Shown in pieces: positions 1 through 9,475 of a stretch of DNA of 64,000 nucleotides. Origin of the DNA: Candidatus Altimarinota bacterium (GTDB taxonomy: Bacteria; Patescibacteriota; Gracilibacteria; 1-14-2-50-48-13); the NCBI GenBank assembly GCA_046314355.1, contig JBKBWQ010000001.1, positions 352,001 through 416,000 on the forward strand. Reading direction: 5' to 3'. Made by a program: the position numbers and the translations under genes. Numbering within the stretch: position 1 is the first letter of the stretch; every line of letters starts with the position of its first letter. The notes under the pieces were generated by a model, which saw only the letters and a list, made by a program, of their open reading frames with translations, did not search any database and was not told where the DNA came from.

Positions 1-483
1 AAAAGAATTGATATTGCGATAGAACTGTTTAATAAAACTGGAAAAAAACTAGTAATACTTGGTGATGGACCTCATAGAGATCAGCTTGAGAGTAGAGCAG
101 CAAAAAATATTGAATTCCTTGGATACAAAAATGATGAGGTAAAATTTGAATACCTGAAAAACGCCCGTGCACTTATCTTATCTACAGAAGAGGATTTTGG
201 TATTGTTCCCATCGAAGCACACGCAGCTGGAAAGCCTGTATTAGCACTAGCAAAAGGCGGAGCACGGGAGTATATAATACCAGGGGTGAACGGAGAGTTT
301 TTCTACGAACAGACACTTGAGAGCATGGAGAAGGGACTTGCACATCTTCTTATGAATGAAGATAAATACAATGCACTTACCATCAGAAGTCATGCAGAGA
401 AATTTTCTACTCAAAACTTTATAAAAAACTTCAAACATATTCTCAAAACAGAACTTGGTATTGAAATAACTCAGAATAAGTAA
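1..483 (+). CDS. Glycosyltransferase family 4 (GT-B), 5'-truncated by window edge
   Basis: Frame 1 is open from base 1: KRIDIAIELF...ILGDGP...EEDFGIVPIEAHAAGKPV...GGARE, the GT4 C-terminal motif; stop at 481-483. Confidence 0.85.
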   Translation, partial: KRIDIAIELFNKTGKKLVILGDGPHRDQLESRAAKNIEFLGYKNDEVKFEYLKNARALILSTEEDFGIVPIEAHAAGKPVLALAKGGAREYIIPGVNGEFFYEQTLESMEKGLAHLLMNEDKYNALTIRSHAEKFSTQNFIKNFKHILKTELGIEITQNK

Positions 484-486
484 TCT

Positions 487-3102
487 ATGTCTTCGGAAAA
501 GCTCACTCCAGCCATGAGTCAGTACTATGAAATAAAGGAACAGTATAAGGACTGTGTCCTTTTCTTCCGCATGGGAGATTTTTATGAAATGTTTGATGAA
601 GATGCGACTACTGCAGGTAGAGTGCTCGGCATTACGGTAACATCCAGAAATAAGAATGCATTGAACCCTACACCCCTTGCAGGCATACCGTATCATGCCT
701 CTGATAAATATTTAGCTGAGCTTACAAAAAGAGGCTATAAAGTAGCGATCGCAGAACAAGTTTCAGACGCTAAGCTGCCAGGTATCATTCGGCGAAAGGT
801 AGTACGCGTAGTGACTCCAGGAACAACCCTTCAAGACGAAGTGCTCAATAAAGGTAATCCAAATTACCTTCTCGCTGTAGTTGAAGACAGTAATAGGTTT
901 ACTATCGCTCTTTGCGACCTCTCAACGGGTGAAGCAAATGTACGGTCAGTGGATGGTCTTGAGAATACGCGTTCAGAACTCTTTCGTCTTCAGCCAAAGG
1001 AGTTGCTTCTTTCAAAACATCTATTTTCTTCAGAGGAGATAGCGCAAATATTGACAGACTTGAATACGGCAAACTATTACTTCTATGCAGTACAGAATGA
1101 TCCCTATGAAGTACTAAAAATCCAGTACGGCGAGCACAGTATTGAGAGCATGGGTATAGAAAAAAATATACAAGCAGCAGAAGCCTGCGCAATGGTCCTT
1201 TCCTACCTCGTAGATACACAAAAAACTTCTCTGAATCACCTCAGACCTTTCAGAGTCATACAGAATACTGAATGCATGAATTTAGATGAAGGCACCATCA
1301 GAAATCTAGAACTACTTTTTACTCAAAGAGAGGGGAAACTTGAAGGAAGTCTGCTGCATCTTCTCAATAAAACCCACACAGGTGCGGGATCCCGGCTCCT
1401 GCGTTCATGGCTTTTAAACCCGCTGCTCTCAAAAGAAAAGATAGTAAACAGACTTCAGCTGGTAGACGAACTCTATAGTAGTACTTCGCTCAGAGAAGAC
1501 ATTAGGACCCACTTGAAGAACATGTATGACATAGAACGCATCCTTGCGAAATTAAGTCTGCAAAGAGCACATGCACGGGATATGGTTGCATTGAAGAATT
1601 CAATCTATGAAATCCAGGAGATACTTTCCCTCTTAGATCTCAACAAGGATAAAAAAATCTCACAAATTTTCAAAGAATGTAACAAAGAAGTACTGCATGA
1701 ACTCTATACGCTTATCGAAAAGGGTATCATAGCTGAGCCTCCGCTGACTCTTCAGGAAGGCGGCATAATACGCGAAGGGTATAGACAGGAGATCGATGAA
1801 TTGAGATCTCTCAAAAACAATGCTACTCAGTGGATCCTTGACTACCAGACACAGGAACAGCAGAAAACAGGTATAGCAACTCTCCGCATCAAATTTACAA
1901 ACGTATTTGGGTATTTTATCGAACTCTCAAAAAGCCAGTCTTCAAAAGCTCCAGAATACTATGTAAGAAGGCAGACAACAGTAAATGGCGAACGATATAC
2001 AACAGAGGAGCTCAAAGTCTATGAAGACAAAATACTACATGCAGATGATGCTCTTTCACAAATGGAATATGAATGTTTTCAGGAAATTCGGGAAAAAATA
2101 TTACAGTCATTATCTGACTTGCAGCAGTACTCAGAGATTATTGCATATCTTGATGTGTTGAGTTCCTTTGCAGAATTGTCTTATACTTATAGATATGTAT
2201 GTCCTCAGTTTGTAGAGAATAGAGATTTTACTATCATAAAAGGACGTCATCCAGTCATAGAAGCTTTAGAGATAAAAGATGGACGAGCTTTTATACCAAA
2301 TAATACCTGCTTTAAAGAAGGCAAGGAAGAGACACTGCTGATCACAGGACCAAATATGGCAGGAAAATCCACGTATCTGAGACAAAATGCTCTCATAGCA
2401 CTTATGGCACAGATTGGATGTTTTGTACCTGCAGAATCCGCTGAGCTTTCTCTAGTGGATAAAATATTTACCCGTGTAGGTGCATCCGATAATGTGAGTA
2501 AAGGTCAGTCTACATTCATGGTAGAGATGCAGGAGACAGCATATATTTTAAATAATGCTACAAAAGAGAGTCTTATCATACTTGATGAGGTGGGAAGAGG
2601 TACTTCAACTTATGATGGTCTTAGTCTTGCATGGGCAATCTTAGAGTATATACATGATACAGTAGGTGCAAAAACTCTTTTTGCTACACATTATCATGAG
2701 CTTATCGATGTGGTAGAAAAGTTAAAGAAAGCAAAGAACTATTCAGTGGCAGTACAGGAAACAAGTACGGGAGTAGTTTTCCTAAGGAAGATAGTACATG
2801 GAGGTGCTCCTGAGAGCTATGGTATTGAAGTGGCAAAACTTGCAGGTCTGCCGAAAAGTATTATTTCAAAGGCTTCTGCATTTTTAAGAGAGCTGGAGAC
2901 TTCAGGTCAAGATACAAAAAAGAAAAAGGGAAATGATAGAAATCAGCTTTCTTTCTTTCTCGAATCTGCTCCTCCCGCGACTCACGTAGTGGAAGTACAG
3001 AAAGCACATCCTCTTATAGAAGAATGGAAAAATCTGGACATTAATACTATGAGTCCTATGGATGCACTTCACTGGCTTTCAGAGAAGCAGAAAGATCTCT
3101 AG
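487..3102 (+). CDS. mutS: DNA mismatch repair protein MutS
   Basis: TPAMSQY, FFRMGDFYEMF, ITGPNMAGKSTYLRQ, STFMVEM, DEVGRGTST, FATHYHEL. Confidence 0.98.
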   Translation: MSSEKLTPAMSQYYEIKEQYKDCVLFFRMGDFYEMFDEDATTAGRVLGITVTSRNKNALNPTPLAGIPYHASDKYLAELTKRGYKVAIAEQVSDAKLPGIIRRKVVRVVTPGTTLQDEVLNKGNPNYLLAVVEDSNRFTIALCDLSTGEANVRSVDGLENTRSELFRLQPKELLLSKHLFSSEEIAQILTDLNTANYYFYAVQNDPYEVLKIQYGEHSIESMGIEKNIQAAEACAMVLSYLVDTQKTSLNHLRPFRVIQNTECMNLDEGTIRNLELLFTQREGKLEGSLLHLLNKTHTGAGSRLLRSWLLNPLLSKEKIVNRLQLVDELYSSTSLREDIRTHLKNMYDIERILAKLSLQRAHARDMVALKNSIYEIQEILSLLDLNKDKKISQIFKECNKEVLHELYTLIEKGIIAEPPLTLQEGGIIREGYRQEIDELRSLKNNATQWILDYQTQEQQKTGIATLRIKFTNVFGYFIELSKSQSSKAPEYYVRRQTTVNGERYTTEELKVYEDKILHADDALSQMEYECFQEIREKILQSLSDLQQYSEIIAYLDVLSSFAELSYTYRYVCPQFVENRDFTIIKGRHPVIEALEIKDGRAFIPNNTCFKEGKEETLLITGPNMAGKSTYLRQNALIALMAQIGCFVPAESAELSLVDKIFTRVGASDNVSKGQSTFMVEMQETAYILNNATKESLIILDEVGRGTSTYDGLSLAWAILEYIHDTVGAKTLFATHYHELIDVVEKLKKAKNYSVAVQETSTGVVFLRKIVHGGAPESYGIEVAKLAGLPKSIISKASAFLRELETSGQDTKKKKGNDRNQLSFFLESAPPATHVVEVQKAHPLIEEWKNLDINTMSPMDALHWLSEKQKDL

Positions 3103-3117
3103 TATTCAAAAGACTGC

Positions 3118-4725
3118 TTATTTTGCTGCTGCACGAATAAAAGCATTGAAGAGGGGATGACCTGTGCATGGACGAGAGGTAAATTCAGGATGAAATTGTA
3201 CTCCAACCATAAAAGGGTGGTCTTTGCGTTCTACTATTTCCACGATCCCTTCATCCAGATATCTTCCTGAAAAAATAATACCGTTTTGTTCCAGAATATC
3301 CTGAAAAGCATTATTGAATTCATATCTATGTCTATGTCTTTCAAGAATAGACTCTTTTCCGTACGCTTCATGGGCTTTTGTCCCTGGAGTAAGATGACAG
3401 ATATATACACCTTTTCTCATAGTTCCTCCCTTTTGTTCCACACTCTTCTGGCTTTCCATAATATCTACGATCGCATAAGGAGTTTTTGCATTAAATTCTG
3501 TAGAGTTTGCATCTTTCATTCCTGCAAGATTCCTAGCAGTTTCAATAGACAGGATCTGGGACCCGAGACATAGCCCGAGGTAGGGAAGCTGATGTTCTCT
3601 TGCCCAAGTACAAGCTTGTATCTTTCCCTCAATACCCCGGCTGCCAAAGCCTCCGGGTACAATAATACCATCTACCATCTCGAACTTTGCCCACTCATCC
3701 TGATCATTTTCTTCTAGTTTTTCACTATTGATCGGTACAAGTACAGGTTTACGGTTATTCATGTAGGATGCAGATTTGATTGCTTCATGCACACTTAAAT
3801 ACGCATCATCTAGATTATGGTACTTTGTCACGATTCCTATTCTAATCGGTTCTAGATCTGGATTCTTTATTTTCTCAATAAGCTGCTCAAACTCCTCAAG
3901 ATTTGGTGATGTTGAAGTATTTAGTCCAAGCTTTCGCTCTAAAATACTATGAAGGGAACTTTCTGCGAATTTTAGCGGAACTTCGTAGATGCTCTCTACT
4001 GTATAAGCAGGAATAACTGCATCTCTTTCCACATTGCAGAATAACGCTATCTTTTGAAAATGCTCTTCCTGGATGGGATAATCAGAGCGGAGAAGCATCA
4101 TATCAGGGAATATACCTGAGGATTGAAGCTCTCTCACTGCCAGCTGTGTCGGCTTTGTTTTGAGCTCCTTTGAAGATGCAAGGTACGGCAAAAGCGTCAG
4201 CATGACAAATAATGCTTGGTTTTTACCAACTTCTCTTTGTATCTGTCTTATTGCCTCTAGACAAGGCTGTCCTTCAATATCCCCAACCGTCCCTCCAATC
4301 TCTACGATGACAATATCTGCCTGAGACTCCTCAGCTGCCTTATATATTTTAGATTTTATAGCTCCTGTTATATGTGGAATGATTTGTATGGTTTTTCCTA
4401 GATATTCTCCCTTCCTTTCATTTTCAAGTACCTCAGAATAAATACGCCCCATCGTGACAGTGGAGTATTTTGAAAGAGGCTGATTGATGAATCTTTCGTA
4501 GTGTCCGAGATCAAGATCAGTCTCTGCAGCATCATCAGTCACAAAAACTTCTCCATGCTGCTCAGGGTTCATGGTACCTGGATCCACGTTCAAATATGGA
4601 TCAACTTTCATAAGAAATACTGAATGCCCAGAACGCTTTAGAAGAGCTCCCATCGAAGCCGCAGCGATACCTTTACCTAAAGATGAACAAACTCCTCCTA
4701 CCACGAAAATGAACTTTGAGGACAT
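3118..4725 (-). CDS. pyrG: CTP synthase
   Basis: GGVCSSLGKG, DPYLNVDPGTM, HGEVFVTDD, GLCLG, RHRHRYE, QFHPEF. Confidence 0.98.
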   Translation of the reverse strand: MSSKFIFVVGGVCSSLGKGIAAASMGALLKRSGHSVFLMKVDPYLNVDPGTMNPEQHGEVFVTDDAAETDLDLGHYERFINQPLSKYSTVTMGRIYSEVLENERKGEYLGKTIQIIPHITGAIKSKIYKAAEESQADIVIVEIGGTVGDIEGQPCLEAIRQIQREVGKNQALFVMLTLLPYLASSKELKTKPTQLAVRELQSSGIFPDMMLLRSDYPIQEEHFQKIALFCNVERDAVIPAYTVESIYEVPLKFAESSLHSILERKLGLNTSTSPNLEEFEQLIEKIKNPDLEPIRIGIVTKYHNLDDAYLSVHEAIKSASYMNNRKPVLVPINSEKLEENDQDEWAKFEMVDGIIVPGGFGSRGIEGKIQACTWAREHQLPYLGLCLGSQILSIETARNLAGMKDANSTEFNAKTPYAIVDIMESQKSVEQKGGTMRKGVYICHLTPGTKAHEAYGKESILERHRHRYEFNNAFQDILEQNGIIFSGRYLDEGIVEIVERKDHPFMVGVQFHPEFTSRPCTGHPLFNAFIRAAAK

Positions 4726-4907
4726 GATGGATATGCGTAAAAAAATCTTCTTGAAGACTAGCGTTTTTTAAAAAAAAGTGAAGATCTTTCCAAAAATATT
4801 ATGTGCCGAAATCCAGATAAAATAATATAAGATACAAGTCAAACATACTTCACCGACAGAATAATACCCCTATGTTATACTGTATATGGTGATTTTTATT
4901 CAAATGC

Positions 4908-5987
4908 ATGTCCACTCCTCTACACAAAAGATGGCTTTCCCGGTTTTTAAAAAAATATAATACCGGTGGTTATTTTCATGAAGGAGATGTAACTCTCAAT
5001 CCTAATAAGGATTTTTATGAATTCCCTAAGACAAAGAAGGAAAGAATTACGGACCTAAAAACACTCATGGACAAATACGAAGTCTATATACCATATATTG
5101 ATCTTGGAAGGGAAAACCGTTTTCGGACTATAGATCATCCATTTGAATTAAGAGATAGTGTTAGAAAAGAACTTTCCCAAATTTTAAGAATGAATGAAAC
5201 AAAAAAGGTAAAAATAAAAGCACCTAGAGAAGGTTCAGGTATTGCACAATTCTTTAAGGAGTCCTTTGCATTCGGTACAACAACCATTGCAATCTTTATG
5301 GTACTCTTGCTTGCAACCAATGTACAAGCCTACAGTCAGGTAGCTACATACTGGTGGGATACCGTCTCAGGTGAAAATGAACATGTGACGCAGAATCTTG
5401 AGAAACTTGCCAAGGTAGATGAAAACGCAAAAGAAACAAAGAATCTGCCTCTTTCTCTCGATGCAACTCATGCAAGTGCAGACAATAAGACGGGTTCAGG
5501 AAGCGGACAAATACTTGATGTCACTATCCCTGTATATCCTCCGGATAACCGTATCGTTATACCAAAGATAGGACAAAATATTCCTATCCAGGAAATAGCT
5601 CCAGATAATCTCATCAGGGAGGATTGGCAGGCGCTTGAGGACGATATCCAGAAAGGCTTACAGAAAGGTGTTGTACACTATCCGGGAACAGCAGTCCCTG
5701 GTCAGATTGGAAATGTATTTATCACAGGTCACAGCTCCTATTATGTCTGGGCACCTGGAGAATATAAGGATACATTTGCACTTTTGCATAATCTTGAGAT
5801 CGGAGATACGATAATTATTTATTATAATGAAAATAAATATACCTACGTCATCGAAGAAAGAAAGGTAGTAAAACCAAACCAGGTAGATGTCTTAAAACAG
5901 AGTGATGACCGTCGTCTTACCTTAATGACATGTACACCAATAGGTACAGCATTAAACAGATTGATACTCGTTGCAAAGCAGATTTAA
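4908..5987 (+). CDS. Sortase with long N-terminal extension and TM helix
   Basis: GVVHYPGTAVPGQIGNVFITGHSS, LTLMTCTPIGTALNRL (His/Cys/Arg triad). Confidence 0.9.
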   Translation: MSTPLHKRWLSRFLKKYNTGGYFHEGDVTLNPNKDFYEFPKTKKERITDLKTLMDKYEVYIPYIDLGRENRFRTIDHPFELRDSVRKELSQILRMNETKKVKIKAPREGSGIAQFFKESFAFGTTTIAIFMVLLLATNVQAYSQVATYWWDTVSGENEHVTQNLEKLAKVDENAKETKNLPLSLDATHASADNKTGSGSGQILDVTIPVYPPDNRIVIPKIGQNIPIQEIAPDNLIREDWQALEDDIQKGLQKGVVHYPGTAVPGQIGNVFITGHSSYYVWAPGEYKDTFALLHNLEIGDTIIIYYNENKYTYVIEERKVVKPNQVDVLKQSDDRRLTLMTCTPIGTALNRLILVAKQI

Positions 5988-5992
5988 GCTTT

Positions 5993-6060
5993 GCCCGCTT
6001 CCTTATACCTTATCCTCACCTTATAGGATAAGGATAATGATGAGGATAAGAATTAGGGGC
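5993..6060. repeat. Hexamer-periodic imperfect hairpin (CCTTAT / GGATAA units) between convergent genes
   Basis: CTTATCCTCA...TGAGGATAAG 10-bp inverted repeat with iterated CCTTAT and GGATAA units. Confidence 0.55.
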
Positions 6061-6072
6061 ATGGACATGCCG

Positions 6073-6807
6073 CTACATATACTGCAGACTCTCAAGGGGA
6101 CGTCCAATGATGTCACTGACAGAACGAACAAGAAGAGAATAGAGCTCTTTTTTGATATCTTCAGGGACTTGCAGACGTAATGCAGTATCAAAAGTATGAT
6201 CAAGATAGAAGGAAAAAGTCTTCAGGGCAGAGAGACTTATCTTTTGTGCAGTATGGGAAGGTCTGCAGTCTGAGCAGTAGAAAGCAAGCTCGAAAGTATG
6301 CACGTAAATCTCAGGTGTATCCTTTAGGGATTTTTCACATTGAATGCAATGCTTCACATCTTCGACATATCCTAAAAGTTTTAAAAGCCTAGTAATAAAG
6401 ACCAATACAGTCTCGATCAATTTATCACTCTCTCTAAAGGACTTGAGTACTTCTTTAAAAAACATATATATCCGTTCATTCTGCTCATGCTTAGGAAGCA
6501 TTCTTGCTAGAATCTCAAACATCAAAAAACGGAGCTGCATATCATCATAATCCTTTGCCTGTGGAAGGGTAGGAGAGATAAGCTCAGCGCCCGTAATAAT
6601 ATATACTCCTTCTGCCGCCTCATATAAATCTACATCTACCTCTTGTCCAGGCTCAAGTTTTGCCGCAAGCTTGCTGCCTATTTTCTGGAGTCCACGTGCT
6701 TTGGCATATACGGCTCCTATTTCTCTTGTAAAAAGGAGTAGGGAAGAGAACTTCTGATCATTTCGATCTCTATGGAGTACAAAGGCCTCTGTTTTGAGGT
6801 ATTTCAT
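6073..6807 (-). CDS. recO: DNA repair protein RecO
   Basis: N-terminal OB fold (TEAFVL..LFTREIG..AKARG), LLKLLGY, Zn finger CIQC...CSDC. Confidence 0.9.
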   Translation of the reverse strand: MKYLKTEAFVLHRDRNDQKFSSLLLFTREIGAVYAKARGLQKIGSKLAAKLEPGQEVDVDLYEAAEGVYIITGAELISPTLPQAKDYDDMQLRFLMFEILARMLPKHEQNERIYMFFKEVLKSFRESDKLIETVLVFITRLLKLLGYVEDVKHCIQCEKSLKDTPEIYVHTFELAFYCSDCRPSHTAQKISLSALKTFSFYLDHTFDTALRLQVPEDIKKELYSLLVRSVSDIIGRPLESLQYM

Positions 6808-7739
6808 TAAAACTTCGGTAGATAATTTTTAAGGGCAAGCTGTGTACTTACAAATGTTACGCCCATAAATATAATAAGCAATTTGAGTATCTCTAGAAGC
6901 CCTCTAGTGAAAAAGAATTCCTTTACGGTAAGAAGCATATTATTTACTACTAATCCCTCAGGAAGTGCTTTATCTGAAGATCCAAAGATAATTGAAATCT
7001 GCCATAAAAGGAATGCAAAGAGAATCACCCCAAGCAGTACCCCGCATGCGCTTAGAAACATACTCTCTCCGAAAAAAGGAAAACGTATAAAATTCTTTTC
7101 TGCTCCCACAAGCTCCATAATTTCAATCTCTTCGCTTCTACTATGTATAAGGAGACGGATAGTATTGAAAATAATCAGGACAGCAACAAGTGTAAAGAGA
7201 ATGTAGAGCACAATAAATAGTGCATTTACAGAATTCTGAGTCTGCGCAAACTGTGTAAGTCTGCCAGTCTGCTCCTGAAGAAATGTACGGTCATCACTGG
7301 ATTTGATAATACTCTTATATTTATCCTGAGAAATAATATTATAGATCTTCTGCGGATCTGATAGATTTACATTTTTGATGACAAGACTTGCAGGAAGAAA
7401 ATCCCTATCTTTTACGAAGGTAATAAGATCATCAGAAAAAAACTTCTCTGCTTCTTTTACTGCCTGCTGCTTTGATACCTGAGAAACAGTGGCAGGGATC
7501 CGTGCGAGTTCTGTACTCAGCTCCTGTACAAGCGGATCCTCTACATTCACAGTCTGAGAAAGAAAGATCGTATAGTCTACATTTTTCTCAACGCTCTCAA
7601 TACTTTTTCCAAGCAGAAATCCCATTCCATCAAGAAGGAGAAGAAAAAAACTTACAAGCATCACTACTGAAATAGCGCCTAAACTGAGAAGTTTATTTCT
7701 GAGGATATTCTGCCATGTAAAAAGGAGGAGTCGTTTCAT
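6807..7739 (-). CDS. ftsX: Cell division permease FtsX
   Basis: IFNTIRLLIHSRSEEIEIMELVGAEKNFIRFPF; 4-TM layout. Confidence 0.9.
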   Translation of the reverse strand: MKRLLLFTWQNILRNKLLSLGAISVVMLVSFFLLLLDGMGFLLGKSIESVEKNVDYTIFLSQTVNVEDPLVQELSTELARIPATVSQVSKQQAVKEAEKFFSDDLITFVKDRDFLPASLVIKNVNLSDPQKIYNIISQDKYKSIIKSSDDRTFLQEQTGRLTQFAQTQNSVNALFIVLYILFTLVAVLIIFNTIRLLIHSRSEEIEIMELVGAEKNFIRFPFFGESMFLSACGVLLGVILFAFLLWQISIIFGSSDKALPEGLVVNNMLLTVKEFFFTRGLLEILKLLIIFMGVTFVSTQLALKNYLPKF

Positions 7740-8617
7740 GAGAGAAATTGTGAATCATAAAGGTATTGCTTGAACTGATCTCTGAGATCATCGCGATCTT
7801 TCAAATATTCTACAGTAGCTTTGAGAAAATTCAATGGATCTCCTGTAGTAATCCACTGACCGTCCTGCACACTTTGAGCAACAACTTTGTGACCGCTTCT
7901 CATAAGCTCATCCACTCCGTCCATGAGCCAAAGCTCATTATCTTTTCCAAGCTTGAGACTCTCAAGTACGCCGAAAATTGCTGGATCAAGCAGGTAGCGT
8001 CCAAATCCTGCAAGGTTGGAAGGTGCTTCTTCTCGTTTCGGTTTTTCAACAATACGCGAGATCTCCATATCGGAAGTCCCGTCTTTCAAAGCATAACAAC
8101 CATATTTATGTATCTCTTCCATCGGTACTTCCTGGGCACCGAGCACGCAAGAGGCTCCCGTTTTCTCGTAAGTCTCAATAAGCTGTTTCGTAAATGACAC
8201 TTTAGATTTCACGAGATCATCTCCAAAGGCATAGATAAAAGGTTCATTACCTATAATATCTTTTACATTAAGACATGGAGTACCATTTCCATATGGTCCC
8301 TTTTGACGAATATACACAAATGATGCCATATTCGGAAGTTTCGCAATCTTCTCAAGACGATCAAGTTTACCTTGCTCTTCAAGATGATGTTCAAGCTCTA
8401 GAGAGTGGTCAAAATGGTCCTCAAGGGCACGTTTATCAGAACTCGTAACAAATATAATCTGCTCAATACCAGCTTCAACCATCTCTTCTACAATATACTG
8501 AACAATAGGAGTATCGATAATCGGAAGCATTTCCTTCGGCATGGATTTTGTAGCAGGGAGGAATCTTGTACCGTGACCGGCAACAGCGATCACACCTTTT
8601 CGTACTTTTTGAGACAT
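7736..8617 (-). CDS. galU: UTP-glucose-1-phosphate uridylyltransferase (start revised to MSQKVRK)
   Basis: VIAVAGHGTRFLPATKSMPKEMLPIIDTP, IVEKP, GRYLL. Confidence 0.92.
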   Translation of the reverse strand: MSQKVRKGVIAVAGHGTRFLPATKSMPKEMLPIIDTPIVQYIVEEMVEAGIEQIIFVTSSDKRALEDHFDHSLELEHHLEEQGKLDRLEKIAKLPNMASFVYIRQKGPYGNGTPCLNVKDIIGNEPFIYAFGDDLVKSKVSFTKQLIETYEKTGASCVLGAQEVPMEEIHKYGCYALKDGTSDMEISRIVEKPKREEAPSNLAGFGRYLLDPAIFGVLESLKLGKDNELWLMDGVDELMRSGHKVVAQSVQDGQWITTGDPLNFLKATVEYLKDRDDLRDQFKQYLYDSQFLS

Positions 8618-8697
8618 ATGAAAAAAGACAGGAACAAAAACACTAGTTATTGTAGTGAAAATAAATGAGGACTCAAGGAATAAAGTAAGAAGTAATT

Positions 8698-8792
8698 GGG
8701 GCTCAGTAATTGGGCACACATAATTAGGCTACAATCATTGAGCTCAATTACTTCATTATGAGTCCAATTATTGCAGCCCTAATTACCGAGCC
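8698..8792. repeat. ~95-bp periodic palindromic element, copy 1
   Basis: GGCTCAGTAATTGGGC...TTGAGCTCAA...GCCCTAATTACCGAGCC; related copies at 53212 and 54608. Confidence 0.8.
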
Positions 8793-8795
8793 ATT

Positions 8796-9296
8796 CTACT
8801 CCATCTCAATCTTCACGATCTGCTCCGTCACATCAATCTTAGGAATAGTCAGTACTAACAATGACTCATGAGTCATTCTGGCGTGTATTCTCTTTATATC
8901 TGCATTCTGCGGAAGGATGATAGGTCTAGTGAATTTACCCCATTCACATTCTTCTGTGTGCAGGTATTTATCATCGATAGAAAGTCCTTCAGGTCTTTTT
9001 CTTTCACCTGATATAGTAAGTACTTCCTCTTTCACAGTTACGGCAATCTCATTGCGGTCAACTCCTGCAGCTTGTGCTACTATCACAATCTGAGAGGGTT
9101 CGTTATATACATCTACTTTTAAATCAATCTCATTATGTTCTGCTGTATGAGATTTGAGAGCAGCTGGTTCTTCAATATCTTGTATGACCTCTTCATTATG
9201 AAGATGATCATCAAAGATAATATTTTTTCTCTTAGCGTCTGAGAGCATCACGAATGGATTACTTCGATCCTGCTGCTGGTTGGAAGAACTGAACAT
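8796..9296 (-). CDS. Hsp20/alpha-crystallin small heat-shock protein
   Basis: VDVY...AGVDRNEIAV...LTISGER...ECEWGKFTRPIILP...LVLTIPK; start revised to MFSSSN. Confidence 0.9.
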   Translation of the reverse strand: MFSSSNQQQDRSNPFVMLSDAKRKNIIFDDHLHNEEVIQDIEEPAALKSHTAEHNEIDLKVDVYNEPSQIVIVAQAAGVDRNEIAVTVKEEVLTISGERKRPEGLSIDDKYLHTEECEWGKFTRPIILPQNADIKRIHARMTHESLLVLTIPKIDVTEQIVKIEME

Positions 9297-9339
9297 AAAA
9301 GCCGAATGAAAAGCAGTAAGTTTGCGGAAATGTAGTCTC

Positions 9340-9415
9340 ACTATACATGGAGAGATGCATTTATCAAGTGACACTTCTTAAATGAGCTTGAATTCAAAGA
9401 AAAATCTTCTATAGT
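9340..9415. promoter_or_regulatory. Divergent sigma70-like promoter pair
   Basis: Minus strand TTGATA-N16-TATAGT (9340-9367); plus strand TTGAAT-N16-TATAGT (9388-9415). Confidence 0.55.
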
Positions 9416-9475
9416 TTATAAGAAATTGGCCCAAAGCAAATTGTTTGTACCTCCTCATTTCAGACCCTATTTCAC

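Noticed and set aside
487-4725. Genetic code 25 (TGA=Gly) as in many Gracilibacteria
   Set aside because: mutS, pyrG, recA and alaS are uninterrupted in code 11 with Gly-rich motifs intact.
8698-8792. CRISPR array interpretation of the periodic repeats
   Set aside because: Units are 13-14 nt, degenerate, lack unique spacers and are arranged as a palindrome; no cas genes in the window.
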